DNA of 64,000 nucleotides from Prevotella sp. (GTDB lineage: Bacteria; Bacteroidota; Bacteroidia; Bacteroidales; Bacteroidaceae), in contig JAFZIL010000065.1 of NCBI GenBank assembly GCA_017554385.1, forward strand, positions 30,162-94,161. The letters run 5' to 3'. The position numbers and the translations under genes were made by a program. Numbering within the stretch: the stretch's first letter is position 1; each line of letters opens with the position of its first letter. The notes beneath the pieces are model-generated. The model was not told the DNA's origin and ran no database searches. It saw nothing but the letters and a program-made list of their open reading frames with translations. Positions 37,519-48,302 of this stretch are shown in pieces.

Positions 37519-40248
37519 TCATTTCATTATAATCTTCTTAACGGTACCATCGTTAAGGATTACTATGTTAAGTCCCTTTTGCAGTTTATTAAGCTTTTTG
37601 CCATTAGGCGAGTAAATGCGTACGTTCTGCTGTGATGCCATAAGGACTTCCAAAATCCCAGATGTATAGCTTGCATATACCACGACATCATGAGCAGGCA
37701 TCGTCTGAGGCAAGTCAGTCCATTCGAAGGTGGCATAGTCGCCCTCTGGTTGAGGCTCAGGTGTTATAGTGGCTCCATATTCGTACATTGTTTCCTTATA
37801 CACCTTATCCTCTATCATATATGTCAGCTTATAGCTATTGATATTGAATGAACCTGTCACAGTTACATCGTATGGAGGCATCGTAGACGGGATTTCGCTC
37901 CAACCACTGAAAGTATAACCCTCCTTGGTAGGCTCTGCTTCTGCAGTAATGGTAGCATTGTACTCAATCTCATAGGTTTTGTACTCTGTACCATCAACTA
38001 TATAAGTAAGTTTGTACTTGTTGATGGTGAAGGTTCCAGTCACCGTCACATCGTGGGCTGGCATTGTTTCAGGTATCTCGCTCCAGCCAGAGAACGAATA
38101 GCCCTCTTTGGTGGGTTCTGCCTCTGGCGTGATAGTTGCACCATACTCTATCTCATAGGTTTTGAACTCTGCATCATCAACTAAATAAGTTAGCTTGTAC
38201 TTGTTGATGCTGAATGTACCATTAACCGTCACATCGTGGGCAGGCATTGTCTCAGGTATCTCACCCCAACCGCTGAAGGAATAGCCCTCTTTCTTTGGCG
38301 CAGGTTCTGGCGTGATGGTTGTGCCTTCTTCTATCTCATAGGATTTGTACTCTTCATTATCTACTACGTATGTCAATTTATATTTGTCGGCATCACTTAT
38401 ATTCGTAAAGTTTTTCCAGCCTTGAGCTGTTTGATAAGCTTCTTTGCATCCCTTTGGAACTTTTAGTGGTACGGAGTAGTTTGAGAACGAGTTGTCATAT
38501 ATAAATGGCGGGGTCTCTGGTAGTGTCTTTACAAACTGAAGCGCATCGCAATTAGCGAATGTCTCTTGATAAATAAATTCCACAGTGGAGGGGATGATAA
38601 TCGTTTTTAGAGTTCTACATCCTTTGAAGGCGTTCTTTTTGATGATTTGCAGATTTTCTGGCAGTTTCAACTCTTCTAATTCGCTACAATTCTCAAAGGA
38701 GCTTTCACCTATTGTCATCACGCTATTAGGTATTATAATTGACGTGATGTAGCTGCATCCGGAGAAAGCATAATTACCTAAACTTGTAATGCCATTTGGA
38801 ATAGTAAGGTGCTCCACTTCGACATTATTTAAATACAAATGATAACTGCTTGGTATTATAGGACTTGTACTGTTTGAGTCAAAGAATTTACACCAAGCAG
38901 ATAAATCTGATAAATACAAGGCCTTTATTTGATTGCAACCTTCGAAAGCTCTGATACCTATGCTTGTCACACTACAAGGAATCACGACGGAAGTCAGGCT
39001 ACTACAATTCCGGAAGGTGCCAGATGCTATACTCGTTAAACTGCTTGGTATAGTGACGGAGGTCAGGCTACTGCAATACGAGAAAGCATACTCTTCTATG
39101 GTCTCAACGCTGTTGGGAATTGTGACAGCAGTGAGGTTACTGCAACGATAAAAAGCATAGCTACCCAGAAAACTCAAGCTGTTAGGAATTGTAACAAAGG
39201 AAAGACTACTGCATTCATAGAAAGCCTCATATCCAATAGCTGTCACATTGGTGGGAATAGTGATGGAGGCAAGACTGCTGCAACCCTTGAAAGCACAGGC
39301 CTCGATAACCGTCACACTGTTAGGAATTGTAACGGAGGTCAAACTGCTGCAGTCAAGAAAACAATTGTGCCCAATACTTGTAATACCCTCTGGAATCTTA
39401 ATTGTAGTCAGACCACTGCAACCAGAAAAAACGCCATAATATGAACCATTACGAGAATAACCTTCACTTATATACATCACGCTGTTGGGAATAGTGACTG
39501 AGGTTAGAGCGCTGCAACCAGAGAAAGCAGAGCCTGATATACCAATTGTCCCTTCGGCAATCATGAGTTTACCTATTGGCTTTTCGCCTTTTACCCCTAT
39601 CAGCCAATTGTCAAGATAGAGGATGCCATCAGGTTGATTATTGTACCATCCTGTGTCATTAAAAGCAAAGCCTCCCAAGTTTATCAAACTGTTGGGAATC
39701 GTGACGGAGGTCAGACTACTGCAGCCCTTAAATGCCTGGTATCCTATGCTTGTCACACAGTTGGGGATCGTAACGGTATTGAGACCACTACAATTTAGAA
39801 AAGCCTCGACTCCTATAGTCTTCACGCTATTGGGAATTGCGATAGATGTCAGACTGGTGCAACCACTGAAAGTATGATATTCTATACTTGTCACGCTGTT
39901 GGGAATCACAACGGATTTCAGACTGCTACAAGAACCGAAAGCGCCGTAGCCAATACTCGTCACGCTGTTGGGAATCGTAATGGAGGTCAGGCTGTTACAA
40001 TAACAGAATGCCAATTCTTCTATTCTTGTTACATCGTAATTCTTTTCATTGTAGTTTACTGTGGCGGGGATAATGACGGTGCCAGAATAGCCGTACCGAT
40101 TGCTGCTACTACCGAAACGATAGCTTGTCACTGCAGCCGTATTCATTTCGTGGTCAAAATTGTAATAGATGCCGTTGATTTGGGCATCGTATGCATTTGC
40201 CACCATCGGCAGCAACATCATTATGAGTAAAAGTAGTTGTTTCTTCAT
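37519..40248 (-). CDS. BspA-type (TpLRR/LRR_5) leucine-rich repeat surface protein with ~4 Flg_new/B-repeat-like units and secretion tail
   Basis: Signal peptide MKKQLLL; many CSSLTSVTIPNSVTSIG..AF repeats; 62-aa repeats YKLTY.VD...PTKEGYSFSGW..PETMPAHDVTV. Confidence 0.9.
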   Translation of the reverse strand: MKKQLLLLIMMLLPMVANAYDAQINGIYYNFDHEMNTAAVTSYRFGSSSNRYGYSGTVIIPATVNYNEKNYDVTRIEELAFCYCNSLTSITIPNSVTSIGYGAFGSCSSLKSVVIPNSVTSIEYHTFSGCTSLTSIAIPNSVKTIGVEAFLNCSGLNTVTIPNCVTSIGYQAFKGCSSLTSVTIPNSLINLGGFAFNDTGWYNNQPDGILYLDNWLIGVKGEKPIGKLMIAEGTIGISGSAFSGCSALTSVTIPNSVMYISEGYSRNGSYYGVFSGCSGLTTIKIPEGITSIGHNCFLDCSSLTSVTIPNSVTVIEACAFKGCSSLASITIPTNVTAIGYEAFYECSSLSFVTIPNSLSFLGSYAFYRCSNLTAVTIPNSVETIEEYAFSYCSSLTSVTIPSSLTSIASGTFRNCSSLTSVVIPCSVTSIGIRAFEGCNQIKALYLSDLSAWCKFFDSNSTSPIIPSSYHLYLNNVEVEHLTIPNGITSLGNYAFSGCSYITSIIIPNSVMTIGESSFENCSELEELKLPENLQIIKKNAFKGCRTLKTIIIPSTVEFIYQETFANCDALQFVKTLPETPPFIYDNSFSNYSVPLKVPKGCKEAYQTAQGWKNFTNISDADKYKLTYVVDNEEYKSYEIEEGTTITPEPAPKKEGYSFSGWGEIPETMPAHDVTVNGTFSINKYKLTYLVDDAEFKTYEIEYGATITPEAEPTKEGYSFSGWSEIPETMPAHDVTVTGTFTINKYKLTYIVDGTEYKTYEIEYNATITAEAEPTKEGYTFSGWSEIPSTMPPYDVTVTGSFNINSYKLTYMIEDKVYKETMYEYGATITPEPQPEGDYATFEWTDLPQTMPAHDVVVYASYTSGILEVLMASQQNVRIYSPNGKKLNKLQKGLNIVILNDGTVKKIIMK

Positions 40249-40289
40249 AATCTTATTGTTTTTAGCATCTATAGTTTTGTTGTTAAGTA

Positions 40290-40552
40290 AATATAAAAAG
40301 AAAAACGTGGACAAGTTACTTCGTCTACGTCTCTGAGGTATTGGGGATAACCTTGCATTCTTAAACGAGTAAATGCCCACGCCGAACGGCGTGAACGATC
40401 TACTTCAGTTCTTGAATGCTTCTTCTAATTCCCCAATTATCAGAGACAAGAATCAAAAGTGGACGTTCTGTCTTATGTCCTTATGTTGTTGTCATGTTAC
40501 CATACGCGGTTATGCTTTATAGGGTGAAACACTATTTTCAATGGCAAAGATA
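40290..40552 (-). promoter_or_regulatory. Promoter plus long structured 5' leader of the LRR gene
   Basis: TATCTTTG (40545-40552, - strand); ~120-nt imperfect hairpin; terminator-like hairpin with U-tract before the ATG. Confidence 0.6.
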
Positions 40553-40727
40553 ACAACTTTTTCCGAAATATGGTAGGATTATAAATAAAAAAATAGAATT
40601 ATAATGTAAAATTGAGATGTTTTAAAGTCGTTTTAAAAAAAATAGTGTAATTTTGTGCCAATAAAACATGCAAGACAAGTTCTTCGCATTGTAATTAATA
40701 GACAACAATCCAAACTTACAGTACCAT

Positions 40728-43616
40728 ATGAATAGTATTATTGAGATTACATGTTTTATCGCTTCTCCTGGCGATACTTTAGAAGAACGAAATGCGTGTG
40801 AAACTATTTTTGAAGAAATCAATCATGGTTTGGGAAGAAGTAAAGGATTTCGTCTTGTTCCTCTACGATGGGAAAAAGATATATATCCGAGTGTTGCAGA
40901 TTATGGTCAGCAGGTTATTAATAGCCAAATGGATGGTAATTACGATTTGTTCTTTGGAATCATGAAGGGTCGTTTTGGAACTCCAACACCGCAGGCAGGT
41001 TCTGGTACGGAAGAAGAGTTTAATATTGCATATGAAAAATATCAAAATGGAGAAATTGGTAATATTTTCTTTTATTTTGGGGTTCCAGAGAAGTCTGCTT
41101 ATGACCTTGATCTTAATCAGTTTCAGAAAGTAAAAGATTTCAGGGAGAAAATAGAACAAGATGGAGTTGTTCCAATGCAATATCAAGGCTTAGAAAACTT
41201 CAAAAACAAATTAAAAAATGACCTTGAAAACTATTTTCTTAGGAACAAGCCATTGACAAGAAAAAAACGGATACAAAAAGACAAAGAAAAAATCGTAGTA
41301 AAATCAAAAACTGCTTTCTATGAGTATAGAAAGCTATGGGAGGATATTCTTTATAATAAGGATTTAAAAAAGAATAAAATAGAAGAAATTGCGAAGAAGA
41401 AAAGTAAATGTAGATTTCTAAAAGTAATATTCCCTCAAGAACAATTCGTACAGCGACTGATGGGAAAAGAGCCTCTTACGGAGGATAAAGCATTCCTTTT
41501 TGCCCTTGCTGTTAAAGATATTGGCCAGATACCCAGTTACTATGTCAACTATCATAAAGATGATGAAGAATTAAACAAACAACCCATGTGGGTTCGTCTC
41601 ATTGAACGTGAAAAGACCCTTCATGGCTATATTGATATGCTTTCTAAGACAAAGGAAGATTGGGCGATTTTTGAACAAATTCAACGTTATCTATTTAATC
41701 TTGATTTTGCAAAATCCAAAGAACTAGTATGCCAATGGAATGCAAAAGATTACTGGGTGCAAAATAAGGCTATGTGCTTGGCTGTTTATGAAGACAAACA
41801 GAAAGAATCTCAAACTTTATTAGATGAAACGATAAAAAAGGAAAAGAACCCTTCTGAGAAACTATATGAGGTGATACTTGCCAATTTCATTTCACCTAAT
41901 TGGCAACAGCCATATAGTACAGACGAGTTTTGGAGATATGGATTGGATGGGCAAGGTGACATGCTGAATTTTATGATGTCGTCACTTCGTGGTAAGAAAA
42001 ATAAGCCCAAAAGACGAGGTTGGATTGGTTCTACTTGGAATATTGGCAGTAATCACGGAGATTATGTGAAAAGTTTGAGAATCCTCCAATACATAATTGA
42101 TTCTGGCATATATGTGTTTTTACCAGGACATATTATGTTTGATATTGCCAATTGGTATGTCGTATTCCAAAATCTATTTGAATATTTCCCATATCCATGC
42201 TTTTTCTATTCTATTCAGTATAATGATAAGGATGCTCAAAGACGTATTGGAGAGGATTATGCATACAATGAAAATCTTCAAGATTTTAATAAAGATATAT
42301 TAATCAAATCCTTAGATGCTATAGGGACAGACGAGACGCCTACATCTTTTAGGGGTGGCATCTTGAATGTCACAGCAGAAATTTATATCGCTGTTGAGGA
42401 GGCAGTTTGGTTTGAGAAATTCAAGAATACCGTCTTTAGACTTTTTCTACAGCGTTTACAAGACATAAAGGATTCTGACGAATTGGTTTTTAATATTAAA
42501 TTCGCATTAGGAAGCCTTAAAAATCCAAAGAATATTTATTGGGCATTTCAGCAATTGATTTCCCATTATTCTGTCAGAGAAGATATTGTTTCTAACATTA
42601 TCGTTAATAATTTATTAATTCAATTCATTCAGAAAAAAATCATTATTAATGACATTTTAATGTTTTCAAATATATTAGAAAGGAATTCTTTGGACTTATT
42701 GGATACCTTGAACAAAGAGGGATTCTTATCGAATAAATGTATCGCATCTATTTTTGAAGTTGTTCACAACACAGATGTTCAAGATATTCCTCATGATAGG
42801 GTTTCATTATTTCAATTATTCAATTTGGTAAAGACGGATCCTCAATCTGTTGAAAAGATAAAACGTTGTTTCCTGTCAATGGACATTTGGCATTGCGGTG
42901 TATTAAATGACAAGGAATTTGGTTGGACTGAACCGATGTATATCAGATTGAATTTACTAAATGATGAAATAACTTGGACGGATGAGGAGTTTGAAATGAT
43001 TAAAGACAATCTCATCATTAACGTTTCAAAGTACGACAAGGTCCACAAATCGCTACACGATGATTCTTTTATGAAAGGTATTCAGGTCCGATATTTGTCA
43101 GATATGATTAAGTTTGTTGATGGATTAAAACCTGAAAGGCATAAAGCCTTGTTATCTACAAGAAAGGATATAGAAAGACTTTTACATGATAGAACACAAT
43201 ATGCAGACAATATCGATTTAATGATGTCTGAACAATCTGCTGACGTTGATTACGCAATGGGGAATATCTATGAGGGGGCTTTTCATAGCGGTATAGAAAA
43301 ATACCAAGGAGATATTGACTTTTTGATAGATCGTGCTATTATGAAGAGTCCGATAGCATTAACCCGCAATTTGAGATGCATAAAATTCATTTTGGCTGAA
43401 AATAGCCAGAAGATGATGAATTTAGGGTATGCGAAGAGATTGCATAAATTATTAGCTGTGTATAAGGATTCTGAATCATGGTCTTTGTTGGACTTGCGTT
43501 TCGCTTTCAACTATCTTCATTTTATTGCCAAAACATTGAAAGATAATGGAAAAACTGACGAAGTGATTGACTTCTGGATTAAAAATCCATTTGTGAATCG
43601 TTTTATAGTAGAATAA
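40728..43616 (+). CDS. DUF4062 (TIR-like/nucleoside-deoxyribosyltransferase-like) N-terminal domain fused to a large helical region; candidate defence protein
   Basis: FIASPGD..ER, RWE, RFGTPT..SGTEEEF..A motif; very AT-rich; TAATTTTG promoter at 40648. Confidence 0.7.
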   Translation: MNSIIEITCFIASPGDTLEERNACETIFEEINHGLGRSKGFRLVPLRWEKDIYPSVADYGQQVINSQMDGNYDLFFGIMKGRFGTPTPQAGSGTEEEFNIAYEKYQNGEIGNIFFYFGVPEKSAYDLDLNQFQKVKDFREKIEQDGVVPMQYQGLENFKNKLKNDLENYFLRNKPLTRKKRIQKDKEKIVVKSKTAFYEYRKLWEDILYNKDLKKNKIEEIAKKKSKCRFLKVIFPQEQFVQRLMGKEPLTEDKAFLFALAVKDIGQIPSYYVNYHKDDEELNKQPMWVRLIEREKTLHGYIDMLSKTKEDWAIFEQIQRYLFNLDFAKSKELVCQWNAKDYWVQNKAMCLAVYEDKQKESQTLLDETIKKEKNPSEKLYEVILANFISPNWQQPYSTDEFWRYGLDGQGDMLNFMMSSLRGKKNKPKRRGWIGSTWNIGSNHGDYVKSLRILQYIIDSGIYVFLPGHIMFDIANWYVVFQNLFEYFPYPCFFYSIQYNDKDAQRRIGEDYAYNENLQDFNKDILIKSLDAIGTDETPTSFRGGILNVTAEIYIAVEEAVWFEKFKNTVFRLFLQRLQDIKDSDELVFNIKFALGSLKNPKNIYWAFQQLISHYSVREDIVSNIIVNNLLIQFIQKKIIINDILMFSNILERNSLDLLDTLNKEGFLSNKCIASIFEVVHNTDVQDIPHDRVSLFQLFNLVKTDPQSVEKIKRCFLSMDIWHCGVLNDKEFGWTEPMYIRLNLLNDEITWTDEEFEMIKDNLIINVSKYDKVHKSLHDDSFMKGIQVRYLSDMIKFVDGLKPERHKALLSTRKDIERLLHDRTQYADNIDLMMSEQSADVDYAMGNIYEGAFHSGIEKYQGDIDFLIDRAIMKSPIALTRNLRCIKFILAENSQKMMNLGYAKRLHKLLAVYKDSESWSLLDLRFAFNYLHFIAKTLKDNGKTDEVIDFWIKNPFVNRFIVE

Positions 43617-43636
43617 AATGTATCTTTGCAAACGAA

Positions 43637-45827
43637 TTGCGACGAGAAGTCGTATAAGTAATTGTTCTTTGAAACTAATGAACCTCTTGTTCCGTCAAGA
43701 GTAGCCTACCGAAAGTGCGTCGCTGGCAACGGCGGGGTGCGGAGCATCGGGACAACGTGGCGAAGCAGGGAGCATCACCCTGCGCAGCTGCAAGGCTGTC
43801 TGGCATGGACAACGTAAAGTAACCGTCGTTAGCAACCATCGTAACGAAGAATCGGCTCACGGATGCTTATGAGCCGAGGCCAAAAATGGCGGGTGGGCAG
43901 GCTGGTCTTGTTGATGTGAAGGCCACACGGGCAAAAAGTCCCACCGGTGGATAGGCGGGTCCTAAACCGGACGAAGTTACTTATACGGAACTCGGTAAAC
44001 CTGTAGGTCTCCGACCTCCCCTTTTGGGGAGAGGTAAGGCGACGGCAACAAAGCCCGAACGGCCTGCAGGCAGATGAACGCGGAGAAAGCGAATGCCTCG
44101 CTGTAATGGCGGGGATAGGGATTGCAACATCATCCCACGCTAAAGCGGGCAGACTTCCGCGAGGTAATTCTTCATGAAAGGAAATGCAGAACTTGTAAGA
44201 AATGAGGAAACGTCAATGGAGCGTGGCTTTGGCCACGTGTGCATCCTTAGCCGTCTTGAACCGCTGGCAGTCCATCGACTGGACTAAGTGCGAGAAGGAG
44301 GTGCGCAAGCTGCAAGTCCGAATAGTGAAGGCTCTGAAAGCGAACCGTGTTGGCAGGGTGAGAAGCCTCCAGCACATACTGGTGAACTCGTTTGCGGCCA
44401 AGGCCTTGGCCGTGCGACGGGTGACATCGAATAAGGGCGGTAGCACCGCAGGGGTGGACGGGGAGACCTGGCTCACGCCCGAGGAACGCTACAAGGCCAT
44501 TAGTTCTTTGACATTGAGAGGATACAAGACCAAGCCACTGAAACGGGTATATATTCCCAAGAAGAACGGGAAGATGCGCCCGCTGGGCATCCCGACCATC
44601 AGGGACAGGGCGATGCAAGCCCTATACCTCATGGCACTCGAACCCGTGGCAGAGACGCGGGCAGACAGGAACTCCTACGGTTTCCGTCGCTACCACTGCT
44701 GTGCGGACGCGATAGACCAGTTGTTCAGATGTCTGTGCAACAAGAACTCTGCTCAGTGGGTGCTGGAGGGGGGACATCAAGGGCTGCTTCGACCACATCA
44801 GCCATGAGTGGCTGCTCCGCAACGTCATTATCGACGCGAGGATGCTGCGCAAGTGGCTGGGGGCAGGGGTCATAGAGAAGAACGTATTCCATATCACCGA
44901 CGAGGGCACGCCGCAGGGAGGGATTATCTCCCCCGTGCTGGCAAACATCACACTCGACGGCATGGACGCGCAGCTCGACAAGTACCGCACCCGAAAGCAG
45001 GACGGCAAGACCGTCAGCCGCAAGGTGAACCTTGTACGCTATGCCGACGACTTCATCGTCACGGGCGAGAGCCGCGAGGTGCTGGAGGAGATAAAGGCAG
45101 ACCTCATACCGTTCCTGACGGAAAGGGGCTTGGAACTCTCAGAGGAGAAGACACTGATAACGCACATCGACGACGGGTTTGACTTCCTCGGCTTCAACAT
45201 ACGCAAGTACAAAGGCGTACTGCTGATAAAGCCGAGCGAGAAAGCCCTCAAGAAGTTTGCAAAGGCAACGCACGAGATTATATATGGAATGCGCTCGCGG
45301 AAGCAGGCCGACGTGATAGAGAAGCTGAACCGCATGATAGCGGGGTGGGTGAACTATTACAGATACGTGTCGTCGAAGAAGGCATTCTGGCGTCTCGACC
45401 ACACCATCTTCCTACAGCTGAGGCGATGGGCGATACGCAGACACCAGAACAAGTCATTGGAGTGGGTACGTAACAAGTACTGGCACAAGGGCGGCACGCG
45501 GCAGTGGATGTACAGCACGACGCGGAAAGACAAGAAGGGGAAAGAGTCCACACTGGCACTCATCACCCTTGCCGACACGCCACTGCTACGTTACACGAAG
45601 GTAAGGGCGGAAGCCAACCCCTTCGACCCACAATATGACGAGTACTTCGCGAAAAGGCGGTCACTGAACCGTCAGACGCGCCCTCTCAAACGCAGTGCCT
45701 AAAGAGGCACGGAGCCGATTAATTAGAACGAAAAATAATTTAGAATTACGCGAGCCGTGTGCGGTGAAAGTCGCATGCACGGTTCTTAAAGGGGAAAGCG
45801 GGGGAACCCCGCAGCCCTACTTGGAAT
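43637..45827 (+). mobile_element. Group IIB intron (CL1-like, no HNH domain); 3' end uncertain by about 2 nt
   Basis: 5' TTGCG; domain I stem CGAG..CGTATAAGTAA/TTACTTATACG..CTCG; DII CCTGTAGG/CCTGCAGG; DV GAGCCGTGTGCGGTGAAAGTCGCATGCACGGTTC; DVI with bulged A. Confidence 0.88.
44202..45702 (+). pseudogene. ltrA: Group II intron reverse transcriptase/maturase, frameshifted
   Basis: RVT_N (WQSIDW..LQ.RI), RPLGIPT, PQGG, YADD, FDFLG, maturase domain; an extra G in the run at 44768-44773 splits WVLEG/DIKGCFD. Confidence 0.9.
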
Positions 45828-45839
45828 AAGAATAAGGCA

Positions 45840-46031
45840 ATGAACATATACGAGACATTCAACAATCTACGCTACCATCACGAGAACGAGGTGGTGGAGT
45901 TTAAGAAAGCGGAGAATAACTTCGACTTCGATGACTTGGGTAAGTATTTCATAGTATCTCAAGCAGGACTATGTATGGCAAATAGAAATATGTTCATTAA
46001 TAATGGCTATCAAATCTTTCAAGAGATTTAA
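45840..46031 (+). pseudogene. Truncated Schlafen/AlbA_2-domain gene
   Basis: ENEVVEFKKA..FDFDDLGKYF motif, followed by unrelated sequence and an early stop. Confidence 0.65.
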
Positions 46032-46057
46032 TAAGTACAATATAATTTTTTCTATCT

Positions 46058-48247
46058 ATGAATGAATATTTCGTATATAAAGAGATTGATGAAACGGAAG
46101 GTGCATTTCACATAACAGATGTTTCTTTTCCTGCCTTGATGAAAAAGCATATATCGAAGCATACCACCTCTTTGCAGCCAATATATGAAGCTATAAGTAA
46201 CTCATTTGAGGCAACAAGAGATGAAAATGACGAATTAATAATTTCTCTAAATTTCTCTCAGCCAGGAGTTTCTGGAATAAGGGAATTGTTAGCAATATCC
46301 GTGAATGATAGTGGGCACGGAATAACACCCGATGATTTAGCACGCATGAAACGTCTTTTTGACGATTCAAAGGGATATAATAATTTAGGGAGTGGACGTG
46401 TACAATATCTGCATTTCTTTCACCGTACAGATATCCATACAATATTTGAGGATAAAGGGAAAAAATATGAGCAACGTTTGGTAATGTCAATTGGATTCTA
46501 CCAAAATCACCACTCTGTTCTGTGGATAGGGAAGCCAATTGAAATTGATGAGAAAGAAAAGACAGAAACCACATTTACGTTTTCACTTCTACGAGATGAA
46601 AAGGACAAGAAAGACTACAACGAACTTAGCAGTGAAAAACTAAGAGAAATCATATGGAGCCGATACTTGGGCCGCTTTTGTTTACACGCCCCTCATAATC
46701 CTAATATTTTTATTAGAGAGTTCATTATGGGAGTACATGACGACAAAGCTGATATGGAAATTGCAAATTCTGATATACCAGTACACGAAAAGTCTGTTTC
46801 GTTCAATGTCAATTACACTACATATAATAATTTAGGAAAACTGGTCAAATTAGATAAGTCAGAAAGTTTTGTTCTCCAAAGCTTCAAGTTGCCTTTGCAA
46901 ACACAACGTTCCAACGAAGTAAAAGTTATGAGCAAAGGAGAGGTGGTGGGCAATAGTGGAATGAAGTTTCCCTTAGTTGATGGGGCTCCTAAAATAGATG
47001 ACTGCTATAGACTATTTCTTCTTTCAAGCAATTATTTGACAGATAAGGATACTGACTTGCATGGTCAGTTGACATTAAACACGGCAGAAAGCCTCACAAA
47101 ACAGCGAGATGTTTACAATCCAGAACCCACAGACATTTTATTAGAAGATATCCAGTCACAAACAACAGAAAACATATCCAATTGCTATGAAGTAATTAAG
47201 AATTCTAAAGTCAATGCTGAAAATAAATTACAGGAACTGATAGACAGGTATTCATTAGACGCAAATACAGTGAATACATTGGTAAAAGACCCATCTGTGC
47301 CAGCCTTGTCTGTTTTCAAGGAGGTGTTTAACAAACAAGCTGAAGAAAAGGCGAAGAATTATGACGAATTGAATGCTGTATATGAGTCATTATTAGAACT
47401 TGATCCTACAAGTAAATCTTTCACTAGGGTTCTCAAGTCTAAAATAGAGAAGGTGTCTTCATTGGTTCCAGAACTAAACAGAGTAGAACTTCTGAACTAT
47501 ACCAGTAAACGTAAAGTCATTTTATTGTTAATAGAGGACATTTTAAAGAAAAGATTATTCATACAACGCACACAAGGAAAAGGGGGAACAGACAAGTCTG
47601 AGACTATGTTGCATCAAATTTTATTCCCCAAAAAATCTGAAGATACACTTAATAGAAATTTGTGGATAATAAATGAAGATTACATACATTATAGTGGTAT
47701 ATCAGAAACAGAACTTGGCAATTTAAGCTTTAATGGAGATAGTATATTGCGAGAAGACTTATCAGAGAAAGAGAAGGAGGATTTAAACGCTTATCGAAAA
47801 CAACTTGATAAACGTCCAGACATATTGCTGTTCCCACAGGAGCGTAAGTGTGTAATAATTGAACTGAAAAGTTTAAGTGTGGATGTGACTAAATATCTTT
47901 CGCAGGTAAAAACTTATGCAGCACTATTACGCGAATTCGCTAAAGAAGATTATTTGATAGACGAATTTTACTGTTACCTTATTGGAGAAGAATTCGGGTT
48001 TGATGAAGTAAAAAGGGCCGAAAATGCCTTCCAAGAAGATTTTACAGGAAACTTTCTTTTCTATGAAAATGACAAAGGAGTGTATGGAGGGGAGAAACGT
48101 AGCCCTGCAAAGATACGATATGAGGTTTATCATTACTCTAAACTTCTTGAAAGAGCAATATTGAGGAATAAAATATTTACGGACAAGATTTCTGTTGATC
48201 CCAATTATGACGGAAATGGGTTACCAGAATCTGTAAATCACAAATAG
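46058..48247 (+). CDS. GHKL (HATPase_c/MORC-like) ATPase fused to a C-terminal PD-(D/E)xK nuclease; candidate defence protein
   Basis: EAISNSFEA, DSGHG and GSGR GHKL motifs; RPDILL...IIELK...Q...Y nuclease motif. Confidence 0.75.
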   Translation: MNEYFVYKEIDETEGAFHITDVSFPALMKKHISKHTTSLQPIYEAISNSFEATRDENDELIISLNFSQPGVSGIRELLAISVNDSGHGITPDDLARMKRLFDDSKGYNNLGSGRVQYLHFFHRTDIHTIFEDKGKKYEQRLVMSIGFYQNHHSVLWIGKPIEIDEKEKTETTFTFSLLRDEKDKKDYNELSSEKLREIIWSRYLGRFCLHAPHNPNIFIREFIMGVHDDKADMEIANSDIPVHEKSVSFNVNYTTYNNLGKLVKLDKSESFVLQSFKLPLQTQRSNEVKVMSKGEVVGNSGMKFPLVDGAPKIDDCYRLFLLSSNYLTDKDTDLHGQLTLNTAESLTKQRDVYNPEPTDILLEDIQSQTTENISNCYEVIKNSKVNAENKLQELIDRYSLDANTVNTLVKDPSVPALSVFKEVFNKQAEEKAKNYDELNAVYESLLELDPTSKSFTRVLKSKIEKVSSLVPELNRVELLNYTSKRKVILLLIEDILKKRLFIQRTQGKGGTDKSETMLHQILFPKKSEDTLNRNLWIINEDYIHYSGISETELGNLSFNGDSILREDLSEKEKEDLNAYRKQLDKRPDILLFPQERKCVIIELKSLSVDVTKYLSQVKTYAALLREFAKEDYLIDEFYCYLIGEEFGFDEVKRAENAFQEDFTGNFLFYENDKGVYGGEKRSPAKIRYEVYHYSKLLERAILRNKIFTDKISVDPNYDGNGLPESVNHK

Positions 48248-48302
48248 TGTTGGATCTTAAATGTATAGAAAATAAAGTAAAAAACAAATCGTTTATAATG
48301 AT

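Noticed and set aside
37660-40000. Repeats as a CRISPR array or DGR target
   Set aside because: They are in-frame LRR (69-bp) and 186-bp domain repeats with synonymous variation; no cas genes in the window
43715-43719. GTGCG as the intron 5' splice site
   Set aside because: It lies inside domain I; the closing stem 43643-43661/43977-43994 requires a start upstream, at TTGCG 43637
44202-45702. RT as a retron, DGR or defence RT
   Set aside because: It has RVT_N, PQGG, YADD and a maturase domain inside a complete domain I-VI ribozyme; I saw no template/variable repeat pair or msr-msd
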